Source: Pseudomonas aeruginosa
GTDB lineage: Bacteria; Pseudomonadota; Gammaproteobacteria; Pseudomonadales; Pseudomonadaceae
Length of the DNA stretch: 32,000 nucleotides
Direction: 5' to 3'
NCBI RefSeq assembly: GCF_001457615.1
Contig: NZ_LN831024.1
Location: forward strand, 3,150,001-3,182,000
In this document: in pieces, positions 23,201-30,967 of the stretch
Layout of the letters: each line of letters opens with the position of its first letter
How positions within the stretch are numbered: position 1 is the stretch's first letter
Notes under the pieces: model-generated
Database searches by the model: none
The model's input: only the letters and a program-made list of their open reading frames with translations
What the model was told of the DNA's origin: nothing
Program-made: the position numbers and the translations under genes

Positions 23201-24427
23201 ATGGCAGGCAAGCATTACCAGGATGCCGATGTGCATGCCGCAACCCTATCCCGCCTCCGACTGGTATTCCGGAACTTCGAGCGCGTCTGTGTCGCCTTCT
23301 CCGGTGGCAAGGACAGCTCGGTCACCCTGCAATTGGCGCTGGACGTGGCACGCGAGTTGGGACGCAGCCCGGTGGACGTACTGTTCATCGACCTGGAGGG
23401 GCAGTACCAGGCCACCATCGATCACGTCAGCGAGATGCTCGGGCGTCCCGACGTACGCCCCTGGTGGGTCTGCCTGCCACTCAACCTGCGCAACGCCTCT
23501 AGCCTGGAGGAACCCTACTGGTGCTGCTGGGAGCCCGGCGCCGAGGCCGACTGGGTGCGCCCGCTACCGAAGCAGCGAGGGGTGATCAGCGACCCGGCGT
23601 TCTTCCCCTTCTACCGCTACCGCATGGAGTTCGAGGAGTTCGTCGCCGGCTTCAACGCCTGGCTGGCCAGGGAAGAGCCTACCGCGTTCCTGGTCGGCAT
23701 CCGTTCGGACGAATCGCTCAATCGCTACCTGGCGGTCAAGCGCAGGAGCCGGGCGAAACAATGCGCCTGGACGCCGCCGGGCGGCTGCGCGCCGCTGGCC
23801 TGGAGCGCGCGCGACCGGGCCAACCCGCAGGCGGTGAGCTTCTTCCCGATCTACGACTGGCGTTTCGAGGATCTCTGGCGTTGCGTCGCCGACCACGGCT
23901 ACGCCTATAACCGCCTCTACGACCAGATGTACCGCGCCGGCGTGCCGTTCTCGCAGATGCGCATCTGCCAGCCCTATGGCGACGACCAGCGCAAGGGCCT
24001 CGACCTGTTCCACCGGATCGAGCCACGCACCTGGTTCAAGGTAGTCCGGCGCGTCGCCGGCGCCAACTATGGGGCGCGCTATTGTCGCCAGCGCTTCCTC
24101 GGCTACCGTGGCGGCCTTGGCCTGCCGCCCTCCTTCGGCACCTGGCGCGAGTACAGCCAGTTCCTCCTGCGCAGCATGCCGCCGCCTCTGCGCGGCATCT
24201 ACCAGCGGCGCATCGAGCGTTTCATCCTCTGGTGGAAGCAGCACGACTATCCCCTTGCCATCTGGCCGGACGCGGGGATCCCGGCCCTGGAGAATCGTCG
24301 CAAGCAGCCGTCCTGGCGGCGTATCGCGCTATCCCTGCTGAAGCAGGACATGGCCCGCTCGCTGTCCTTCGGCTTCTCCCAGGCCGATATCGACAGACTG
24401 GTCCCCGGTCGGGAGAAGCGCTCGTGA
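23201..24427 (+). CDS. cgrA: PAPS-reductase-like PP-loop ATP pyrophosphatase family protein, 408 aa
   Basis: PP-loop motif SGGKDS at aa 34-39 (nt 23300-23317) within VCVAFSGGKDSSVTLQLAL. A long C-terminal extension follows. The gene is divergent from cupA1. Confidence 0.92.
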   Translation: MAGKHYQDADVHAATLSRLRLVFRNFERVCVAFSGGKDSSVTLQLALDVARELGRSPVDVLFIDLEGQYQATIDHVSEMLGRPDVRPWWVCLPLNLRNASSLEEPYWCCWEPGAEADWVRPLPKQRGVISDPAFFPFYRYRMEFEEFVAGFNAWLAREEPTAFLVGIRSDESLNRYLAVKRRSRAKQCAWTPPGGCAPLAWSARDRANPQAVSFFPIYDWRFEDLWRCVADHGYAYNRLYDQMYRAGVPFSQMRICQPYGDDQRKGLDLFHRIEPRTWFKVVRRVAGANYGARYCRQRFLGYRGGLGLPPSFGTWREYSQFLLRSMPPPLRGIYQRRIERFILWWKQHDYPLAIWPDAGIPALENRRKQPSWRRIALSLLKQDMARSLSFGFSQADIDRLVPGREKRS

Positions 24428-24936
24428 TCCGCCCGCAAGACTGCGAGATCCTGCAGTGGCGCTCGTTCGACGACGAGGCCGCCTTCTTCGCCAGCATGGG
24501 CCGCTTCTTCGCCAGCGCCCGGGTGCGCCGCGAGTGCGGCGGCTACCCGCTGAGCGACGGTCCCTACCACCGCTGGTTCGTGCTCCGCCGCCTGGGGGAC
24601 ACGCGGATACTGGGGTTCGTCAGCCTGGAGCAACATCCCGACGTGGTTCGCCTGCGCGATGCCTACCTGCGTGCGGAAGCGCGCGGTCGCGGGCTGTTCC
24701 GCACCCTGCGCGAGCGGGTCCTCGGGCATGTCGACCAACTCGGGCTGGCCTGTACCACCCGCGCGCCCCAGGCCTGCGCGCGCCTTCTCGAACCGCACGG
24801 CTTCGCCGTGCATTCCACCCGGGGTAGCTGGGTGACGCTCATGAGGAAAGCCCATGGCACAGACAAAGACACTGACGGAGCGAGCCGAGGCGCTGTTCGG
24901 CGAACTGCACGGGTTGCCGCTTGCCGAGCGGATTGA
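24424..24936 (+). CDS. cgrB: GNAT-family acetyltransferase-like protein, 170 aa
   Basis: The GTG at 24424 overlaps the cgrA TGA (GTGA). An acetyl-CoA-loop-like RGRGLFRTLRERV is present. The frame stays open to 24936, which is 83 nt into cgrC. Confidence 0.78.
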   Translation: MIRPQDCEILQWRSFDDEAAFFASMGRFFASARVRRECGGYPLSDGPYHRWFVLRRLGDTRILGFVSLEQHPDVVRLRDAYLRAEARGRGLFRTLRERVLGHVDQLGLACTTRAPQACARLLEPHGFAVHSTRGSWVTLMRKAHGTDKDTDGASRGAVRRTARVAACRAD

Positions 24937-25489
24937 AGCCATCAACCGGATCCGCCGGCTGCTCCACGCGCACAGTCCGTTCGCCGAAGAGCCGGTCGAT
25001 TGCGTGCAGTGGGTGCGTGCCGAGCGCGTCGCCGGCAACGACTACAACCCCAATACCGTCGCGCCACCGGAGATGCGACTGCTGAGGCTGTCCATCGAGT
25101 CCGACGGATTCACCCAGCCCATCGTCGCCTATCCGCAGGCCGACGGGCGCTACGAGGTGGTCGACGGCTTTCACCGCCTGCGCGTGGGCAGCGCCAAGGG
25201 CGCGCTGCGCCAGCGTCTGCACGGCTACCTGCCGATCGCCGCGATACGCGCCGGGCGTGAAGGCGACAGCGAGCGCATCGCCGCCACCATCCGCCACAAC
25301 CGAGCACGCGGCGTGCACGGCGTATTGCCGATGACGGCGATCGTGGTGACCCTGCTCAAGGCCGGCTGGAGCGAGGCCGACGTGGCCCGCGAACTGGGCA
25401 TGGACAATGACGAGGTGCTGCGTTTCAAGCAGGTTTCCGGATTGCCCGAGCTGTTCCGCGAACACGTGTATTCCCGCTCCTGGGAGTAG
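24854..25489 (+). CDS. cgrC: ParB/Srx-domain DNA-binding protein, 211 aa
   Basis: ATG at 24854 preceded by GAGGAAAG. ParB/sulfiredoxin-fold signature YEVVDGFHRLRVG (DGFHR at nt 25163-25177). A C-terminal HTH-like segment reads LLKAGWSEADVARELGMDNDEVLRFKQ. Confidence 0.9.
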   Translation: MAQTKTLTERAEALFGELHGLPLAERIEAINRIRRLLHAHSPFAEEPVDCVQWVRAERVAGNDYNPNTVAPPEMRLLRLSIESDGFTQPIVAYPQADGRYEVVDGFHRLRVGSAKGALRQRLHGYLPIAAIRAGREGDSERIAATIRHNRARGVHGVLPMTAIVVTLLKAGWSEADVARELGMDNDEVLRFKQVSGLPELFREHVYSRSWE

Positions 25490-25515
25490 CGGGCGGCGCC
25501 GTCGGCCGCACCGCT
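25488..25515. terminator. GC-rich hairpin between the convergent cgrC and aldehyde dehydrogenase genes
   Basis: AGCGGGCGGC-gccgtcg-GCCGC(a)CCGCT gives 10 bp with one bulge. There is no U tract on either strand. Confidence 0.3.
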
Positions 25516-25524
25516 CGCCCAGGC

Positions 25525-26973
25525 TCAGGCCGCGCCGGTGGTCAGGCTGATGTGCTTGTATTCGACGAAGTCGTCCAGGGCGGCGACCCCGTTCAGCCGG
25601 CCGAGGCCGGACTGGCGGTAGCCGCCCTCCTCGAATTCGTCGTAGACCTTGGCCCAGTCGTTGATCCACACGGTGCCGGCGCGAATCTTCCGCGCCACCC
25701 GGAAGGCACGCGCGACATCGCGGGTCCAGACCCCGGCCGCCAGCCCGTACTCGCTGCGGTTGGCCAGGGCGACGCCCTCCTCCTCGTGCTCGAATACCTG
25801 CAGGGTCAGCACCGGTCCGAAGGTTTCCTGTTGCACGATGTCCAGGTCCGGATCATCGACCTCCAGCAGGGTCGGACGGTAGAAGGCGCCGGCCGCCAGC
25901 TCGCCCTCGGTTACCGGGCCGCCGCGGACCACCACCCGCGCGCCGGCGGCGATGGCCTGGCGTACGGCTCGCTCGACGCGCTCGACGTTGGCCTTGTCGA
26001 TCAACGGCCCCATGTCGCTGCGCGGGTCCGCCGCCGGCCCCACGCGCAGGTTTTCCAGGCGCTGCGCCAGGCGTTCGCGTAGCCGTTCGGCAACGCCGCG
26101 CTGCACCAGCAGGCGCGAACCGGTCATGCAGAACTGCCCGGCGAACACCGTCAGCGACTTCTCCAGCACGGGCAAGGCGGCGTCCAGGTCGGCGTCGTCG
26201 AACACCAGGTGCGGTGTCTTGCCGCCCAGTTCCAGGCCGAAGCGCTTCAGGTGCCGCGCGCCGGCGGCGGAAATCGCTCGGCCGGTGGCGCTCGAGCCGG
26301 TGAAGCTGATCACCGGCACCTCGGCCGCGTCGATCAATCGCCGGGCGCCTTCGGAACCCGATTCGCTGAAGATGTTCACCGCCCCGGCAGGCAGCGACGG
26401 CGCTTCGGCGATGATCCGCGCGACCATGGCGTTGGTCTGCGCGGTCTGCCCCGGCATCTTCACCACCGTGGTGGTACCGGCGGCCAGCGCCGGCGCCAGG
26501 GAGCGGATCATCAGCACCACCGGTGAATTCCACGGCACGATGATGCCGGCGACGCCCATCGGCTCGCGCAGCACCAGCGACACCACGTCGGGGCGCGGCG
26601 TGCCGCTGGCGCCCCGTTCGCTGCGCGCCAGGCCGGCGTAGTAGCGCAGCTTGCCCGGCACCATGCCGACCTCGAAGGCAGCCTCGGGCTTGATCTTGCC
26701 GTTCTCCAGGGCAAGCAGGTCGATCAGCGCATCGGCATGCCGCTCGAAGGCCGCGGCGATTTCCTCCAGGGCTGTCGCGCGCAGCGCGTGGTCGTCCTTC
26801 CAGGGACCATCTTCGAAGGCGCGCACAGCGGCGGCGATCGCCGCGTCGGCCTCGGCCCGCCCGCCGTCGGCGTAGGTGCCGATCGGCTGGCCGCTGGCGG
26901 GGTCGAAGGATTGTCCCCGCTGCGCGGAATCGAGCCATGCGCCGTCGATCCAGTGTCTGGCGTGTCCGTTCAT
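25525..26973 (-). CDS. NAD(P)-dependent aldehyde dehydrogenase, 482 aa
   Basis: ALDH motifs LELGGKTP and catalytic FAGQFCMTGSR are present. The track start at 26979 is a TTG. The ATG at 26973 is preceded by AGGAGAA with 7-nt spacing. Confidence 0.93.
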   Translation of the reverse strand: MNGHARHWIDGAWLDSAQRGQSFDPASGQPIGTYADGGRAEADAAIAAAVRAFEDGPWKDDHALRATALEEIAAAFERHADALIDLLALENGKIKPEAAFEVGMVPGKLRYYAGLARSERGASGTPRPDVVSLVLREPMGVAGIIVPWNSPVVLMIRSLAPALAAGTTTVVKMPGQTAQTNAMVARIIAEAPSLPAGAVNIFSESGSEGARRLIDAAEVPVISFTGSSATGRAISAAGARHLKRFGLELGGKTPHLVFDDADLDAALPVLEKSLTVFAGQFCMTGSRLLVQRGVAERLRERLAQRLENLRVGPAADPRSDMGPLIDKANVERVERAVRQAIAAGARVVVRGGPVTEGELAAGAFYRPTLLEVDDPDLDIVQQETFGPVLTLQVFEHEEEGVALANRSEYGLAAGVWTRDVARAFRVARKIRAGTVWINDWAKVYDEFEEGGYRQSGLGRLNGVAALDDFVEYKHISLTTGAA

Positions 26974-26994
26974 CTGCAAGTTCTCCTGGGTCGG

Positions 26995-28632
26995 TCAGGC
27001 GATGCGCTGCGCGAGGTGCTCGGCAACGGCGATGGTGGTGATGTTGGTGGCCACCGAAATGGCATCGGGGAAGATCGAGGCGTCGATCACCCGCAATCCT
27101 TGCAGGCCATGCACCCTGCCCTCCAGGTCGACCACCGCCCAGCGCTCGCCGGCGCGGCCCATCGGCGCGCTGGAGGTCGGGTGGTGGTAGGTATCGAGGG
27201 TGGCGCGGATCGCCGCTTCGATCTGCGCATCGCTGCGTGCCTCGGGCCCCGGCCCGAGTTCGGCGTGGATCAGCCCGGCGAGCGGTTCGCTGCGGCCTAT
27301 CCGGCGCGCCAGCTTGACCCCTTCCAGCAACCGCGCGCGGTCTTCGGCCTCGGCGAGGAAGTTCAGGTCGATCAGCGGCGCGACGGCCGGGTCGCGGCTG
27401 GCCAGGCGCACACTGCCCAGCGATTGCGGCCGGGTCAGGGCCACGGCGAGGACGAAGCCGACCCCGGTCGGGCTCATCTCGGCGGGGAACAGGTGGGTGG
27501 CGGTGATGTGCAGGTCCAGCTCGCCGTTCTGCGCCCGCGAGCTATGGGTCCAGAGCTTGGCGCCGATCACCGGCGACTGCGCGCCGATGCGCTCCGGCCG
27601 GGCGGCATAGGCGTTGTAGTAGAACGGATGGTCCTTGAGCCGGCGGCCCACCGGCAAGTCGGCAAGCAACGGGATCGACAGCGCCTTCAGCTCGTCGGCC
27701 GGGCCGACACCGGAGCGCAGCAGGATCGCCGGGCTGCCGTAGGCGCCGGCGCTGAGGATCACTTCGCCGGCGTGGATTTCCTCGCCGGAGGCCAGGCGCA
27801 CGCCCACCGCGCGCTTGCCTTCGAAGAGCACCCGGTCGACCAGCGCGTCGCCGCGGATCGACAGGTTGGCGCGAGCGCGCACGGCGTTGTCGAGGTAGGC
27901 CATGCCGGTGTTGACGCGCACACCGTTGACGACATTCATCGGGTACGGCCCGACGCCGTTGGCGTCGGCGCCGTCGAAATCGGCGATGGCCTTGAAACCG
28001 TTGGCCAGGGTGGCGTCGACGAAGGCCCTCTGCATCGGCGAGAGATCGGCGCGGCTCAGTTGCCGCACCGGCAGCGGTCCGTCCCCGCCGTGCAGGGCCG
28101 GGTCGCCGCCCTGGCGGGTCTCCAGGCGGCGGAACGCCGGCAGCAGGTCGTCGTAGGACCAGCCCGGCAGGTTCCAGCGGGCGAAGTCTTCGCGCCGCGC
28201 GCGGATCGCCACCGCGCCGTTGATCGCCGAGCTGCCGCCGAGGACCTTGCCGCGGATCGCATGGATCGGGTGCCCGATCGCCCCCGGTTGGGACTGGTAG
28301 CCCCAGTCGCTGGAGGGGTCGCCGCCGACGCTGTCGCTGCTGGCGATGATCCTGGGGTAGTCCCAGGCCGGATAGGCCTGGCCGGCTTCCAGCAACAGTA
28401 CCCGGCGGTCGCCGCGCTCGCTCAGGCGCCGGGCGAGGACCGCGCCGGCGGAGCCGCCGCCGACGATCAGCACATCGATCCTGCCGCCATCGAAGGCCTT
28501 GCGGGGCGTTTCCGCCGTGGCGCTGGCCACGCCGGGCGCGCCGCCGAGCAGCGAGCCCAGGGCGAGCGCGGCGGAGCCGGCGACGGTCTGCGCCAGCAAG
28601 GTGCGGCGCGCCGGGTTTTCGGGTTGGTGCAT
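26995..28632 (-). CDS. GMC-family FAD oxidoreductase with twin-arginine signal peptide, 545 aa
   Basis: The N-terminus NPARRTLLAQTVAGSAALALGSLLGGAPGVASA looks like a Tat signal. The FAD fold DVLIVGGGSAGAVLARRLSE follows. The C-terminal region is GMC-like. GGGAGAA lies upstream of the ATG at 28632. Confidence 0.92.
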   Translation of the reverse strand: MHQPENPARRTLLAQTVAGSAALALGSLLGGAPGVASATAETPRKAFDGGRIDVLIVGGGSAGAVLARRLSERGDRRVLLLEAGQAYPAWDYPRIIASSDSVGGDPSSDWGYQSQPGAIGHPIHAIRGKVLGGSSAINGAVAIRARREDFARWNLPGWSYDDLLPAFRRLETRQGGDPALHGGDGPLPVRQLSRADLSPMQRAFVDATLANGFKAIADFDGADANGVGPYPMNVVNGVRVNTGMAYLDNAVRARANLSIRGDALVDRVLFEGKRAVGVRLASGEEIHAGEVILSAGAYGSPAILLRSGVGPADELKALSIPLLADLPVGRRLKDHPFYYNAYAARPERIGAQSPVIGAKLWTHSSRAQNGELDLHITATHLFPAEMSPTGVGFVLAVALTRPQSLGSVRLASRDPAVAPLIDLNFLAEAEDRARLLEGVKLARRIGRSEPLAGLIHAELGPGPEARSDAQIEAAIRATLDTYHHPTSSAPMGRAGERWAVVDLEGRVHGLQGLRVIDASIFPDAISVATNITTIAVAEHLAQRIA

Positions 28633-28736
28633 GGGGTTCTCCCGTATCCAGATCGATTGACGGGAGCAACGCTATGCCCGGCGCGCCCTCGGCGACAGAC
28701 AGCGGAAGGCGAACCGCTGGTTCGGTTTTTCCGAAC

Positions 28737-29669
28737 TCAGCCCGGCGGCAACAGGCCACGCTCGATGAGCGCGCGGTCCCAGGGTGCCGGATCGCCGATT
28801 TCCTCTTCGAGGAACTGGCCGAGGACGAGGATCTTCCGGGGCGTCCGTTGGGTCTTGCGGTAGACCACGGAAACCTGCCCGCCGTCCGGCGAGTAGCCAG
28901 GCAGGACCGGCAGCAGCTCGCCGGCCAGCAAGGCATCGGCGGCCAGGAAGCTCGGCAGGATCGCCAGGCCGAGCCCGGCGCGCGCACCTTCGAGCAACTG
29001 GTGCCCGGAGTCGGTGCGCATCCTCACCCGGATGCGGAACGAGGCCGGTTCGCCGTCCACCGGCAGACAGAGCATGCCGCCGGGCTCGCGGTTGTAGTAG
29101 ACCAGCCCGTCGTGCGCCTGTAATTCCTCGGGATGCTGCGGCACGCCATGCCGCGCCAGGTAGTCGGGACTGGCGCAGAGCAGGTGGCGGTTGGCGGTGA
29201 TCGGCCGCGCCACCAGGCAGGAGTCGTCCAGCCGGCCCATGCGCAGGGCCATGTCGAAGCGCGGTTCCTGGAGGTTGACGAAACGATCGTCGGCCTGCAC
29301 GTCCACCCGCAATTGCGGATGGCGCTCGGCGAAGCGCGCCAGCAGCGGCGCCAGGTAGCGCGGAGTGAAGGCCAGCGGCGCGGAGAGGCGCAACTGGCCG
29401 CGCAGGTCGTCATCGGCGTCGAGCACCGAGGCTTCCGCCTGCTCCAGCTCCTGTAGCAGGCGGCAGGCATGTTCGTAGTAGGTGCGACCGGGGTCGGTGA
29501 GGCTCAGCGGCCGGGTGCGGTTCAGCAGCACCCGGCCCAGGCGCCTCTCCAGTTGCTGGATACGCTGGCTGACTTGCGACTTGGTGGTGCCCAGGCGGCG
29601 GGCGGCTTCGGAGAAGCTACGGGCGTCAACCACGCTGACGAAGGTGGTCATTTCGGCAAACTTGTTCAT
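28737..29669 (-). CDS. LysR-family transcriptional regulator, 310 aa
   Basis: N-terminal HTH FVSVVDARSFSEAARRLGTTKSQVSQRIQQLERRLG plus a LysR substrate-binding domain. Confidence 0.93.
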   Translation of the reverse strand: MNKFAEMTTFVSVVDARSFSEAARRLGTTKSQVSQRIQQLERRLGRVLLNRTRPLSLTDPGRTYYEHACRLLQELEQAEASVLDADDDLRGQLRLSAPLAFTPRYLAPLLARFAERHPQLRVDVQADDRFVNLQEPRFDMALRMGRLDDSCLVARPITANRHLLCASPDYLARHGVPQHPEELQAHDGLVYYNREPGGMLCLPVDGEPASFRIRVRMRTDSGHQLLEGARAGLGLAILPSFLAADALLAGELLPVLPGYSPDGGQVSVVYRKTQRTPRKILVLGQFLEEEIGDPAPWDRALIERGLLPPG

Positions 29670-29705
29670 CGGTGTCCTTCTGCGATCCGCCCCCGCGGCC
29701 CCCGA

Positions 29706-30842
29706 TCATACGCTTTCCGCCGCCGCTATCCGCGCCTCGGCGACCCGGCGTAGGCGGTGCATGGACTCCTCCGACTCGCGCTCGATGCGCCGGCGCAGCA
29801 GGAACAGGTTGGCCAGGCGCATTGACCAGCCATCGAAGCGGTATTCCAGGGTGCGCACGAAGCGGGTGCCGGCCGCGCTCGGCTGGCATTCGTAGCTCAG
29901 GCGCAGGTGCAGGCCGTGGTCGCCACGGGCGTTGGCGCGCCAGAGGCGGCCCGGCTGGTACTCGACCACCGTCCAGGACAAGTGCCCGGCGCGGCCGCCG
30001 GCGTGGATGTCCTCCTCGAAGCGCGCGCCGGCCGGCAGCGGGCCCGAGGCGCCGTCGACCCGCAACGACGAGGGATGCCATTCCGGCCAGAGTGCCGGGC
30101 TGGCGGCGTAGGCGAGGGTCGCCTCGGGCCCGCGGGCGATCTCGATTCGGTGCTGCATGCGGGTCATGGCGCGCTCCTCGGCGGGTTCCGCTTCCCAGTG
30201 GAGGGTGCCGTAGCACCAGTCCATCAACGGGAAGACCAGGTTGAAGTTGTGCGTCTGCATCAGCTCGCGACGGTGATGCAGTTCGTGCAGGCGGCGCATG
30301 TGGCGGATCCACGGCAGACGGCTGAGCGGATGCTCCGGCGGCAGGTGTTCGCAGGCGTGGAAGATCTCGTAGCTGAGGTAGCCCAGCAGCAGGGTCGCGG
30401 CGAACAGCGCGGCGAGGTTGTCGTTCAGCAGGCCGAGCAGGCTCCAGGCGAGCAGCGCGCCGAGGCTGAAGACCACCACCAGCCAGGCCGGGAACAGGAT
30501 CACCCGCCAGTCGCGTGCCTGTTCGTAGCGCATCTGGCCGGCGACGAAGAAGCTGTGGTGGTCGCCGGTATGGCGCTTGTAGAACATCCGCCCCAGCGGG
30601 TGCTTGTGGTGGCCGAGGGACTTGTGGATGCGGTACTCGCCCCAGTTGAAGAACACCAGCGCGGCCGGCACCGTCAGCCATTCCAGCAGGCTCGGCTGCT
30701 CGAGCCGGGAGAGGAAGAAGACGATCCAGGCGCCGCCGTAGGCGAGGACGAAGCCGGCGTGCAGCCAGGGGTTGTAGCCGGGCCGGATGGCCGCGCGGTA
30801 CTGCTGGCGAAAGGGTTGGGGATCGAAGGACATGGTCGGCAT
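29706..30842 (-). CDS. Fatty-acid hydroxylase/sterol-desaturase-superfamily membrane domain fused to a C-terminal SRPBCC (START/polyketide-cyclase-like) domain, 378 aa
   Basis: Three histidine boxes are present: HKSLGHH, HTGDHH and HELHH. Hydrophobic helices fill the first 230 aa or so. Then comes a soluble SRPBCC-like segment (IEIARGPEATLAYAASPALWPEWHP...TRFVRTLEY). The start could instead be the ATG at 30833. Confidence 0.82.
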   Translation of the reverse strand: MPTMSFDPQPFRQQYRAAIRPGYNPWLHAGFVLAYGGAWIVFFLSRLEQPSLLEWLTVPAALVFFNWGEYRIHKSLGHHKHPLGRMFYKRHTGDHHSFFVAGQMRYEQARDWRVILFPAWLVVVFSLGALLAWSLLGLLNDNLAALFAATLLLGYLSYEIFHACEHLPPEHPLSRLPWIRHMRRLHELHHRRELMQTHNFNLVFPLMDWCYGTLHWEAEPAEERAMTRMQHRIEIARGPEATLAYAASPALWPEWHPSSLRVDGASGPLPAGARFEEDIHAGGRAGHLSWTVVEYQPGRLWRANARGDHGLHLRLSYECQPSAAGTRFVRTLEYRFDGWSMRLANLFLLRRRIERESEESMHRLRRVAEARIAAAESV

Positions 30843-30930
30843 CTCGCGTGTGATTGTTATTGGCTGGGCCGCGAACCGGGCCGATCCGCCGGGGCGGAAG
30901 GGCTTGCATTCGAGTGTAGCGATGCCAGTC

Positions 30931-30949
30931 TTATCAGGGTAATGGATAA
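30931..30949. promoter_or_regulatory. LysR-type box TTATC-N9-GATAA (contains ATC-N9-GAT / T-N11-A)
   Basis: Perfect 5-bp arms in the 125-bp divergent intergenic region. The box lies 19 bp upstream of the LysR ATG at 30968 and about 90 bp upstream of the hydroxylase-fusion ATG. Confidence 0.5.
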
Positions 30950-30967
30950 ATAGAATGAGGATTATTC

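Noticed and set aside
22998-23585. 195-aa plus-strand ORF overlapping the start of cgrA
   Set aside because: It is out of frame with cgrA, which carries the PP-loop motif and an SD. No independent support.
6531-25489. The idea that the DUF2513-like, ParB-like and PAPS-reductase-like genes mark a prophage, plasmid remnant or defence island
   Set aside because: No integrase, transposase, tRNA attachment site, flanking direct repeats or phage structural genes are present. The genes are scattered among core metabolic and stress genes, and their GC content is native.
26974-26979. Track start (TTG at 26979) for the aldehyde dehydrogenase
   Set aside because: The ATG two codons downstream (26973) has AGGAGAA at ideal spacing. 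The TTG would place the SD too close to the start.
26737-28987. 708-aa plus-strand and 481-aa minus-strand ORFs over the GMC oxidoreductase and ALDH genes
   Set aside because: They are shadow frames of two well-supported enzymes and have artefact composition.
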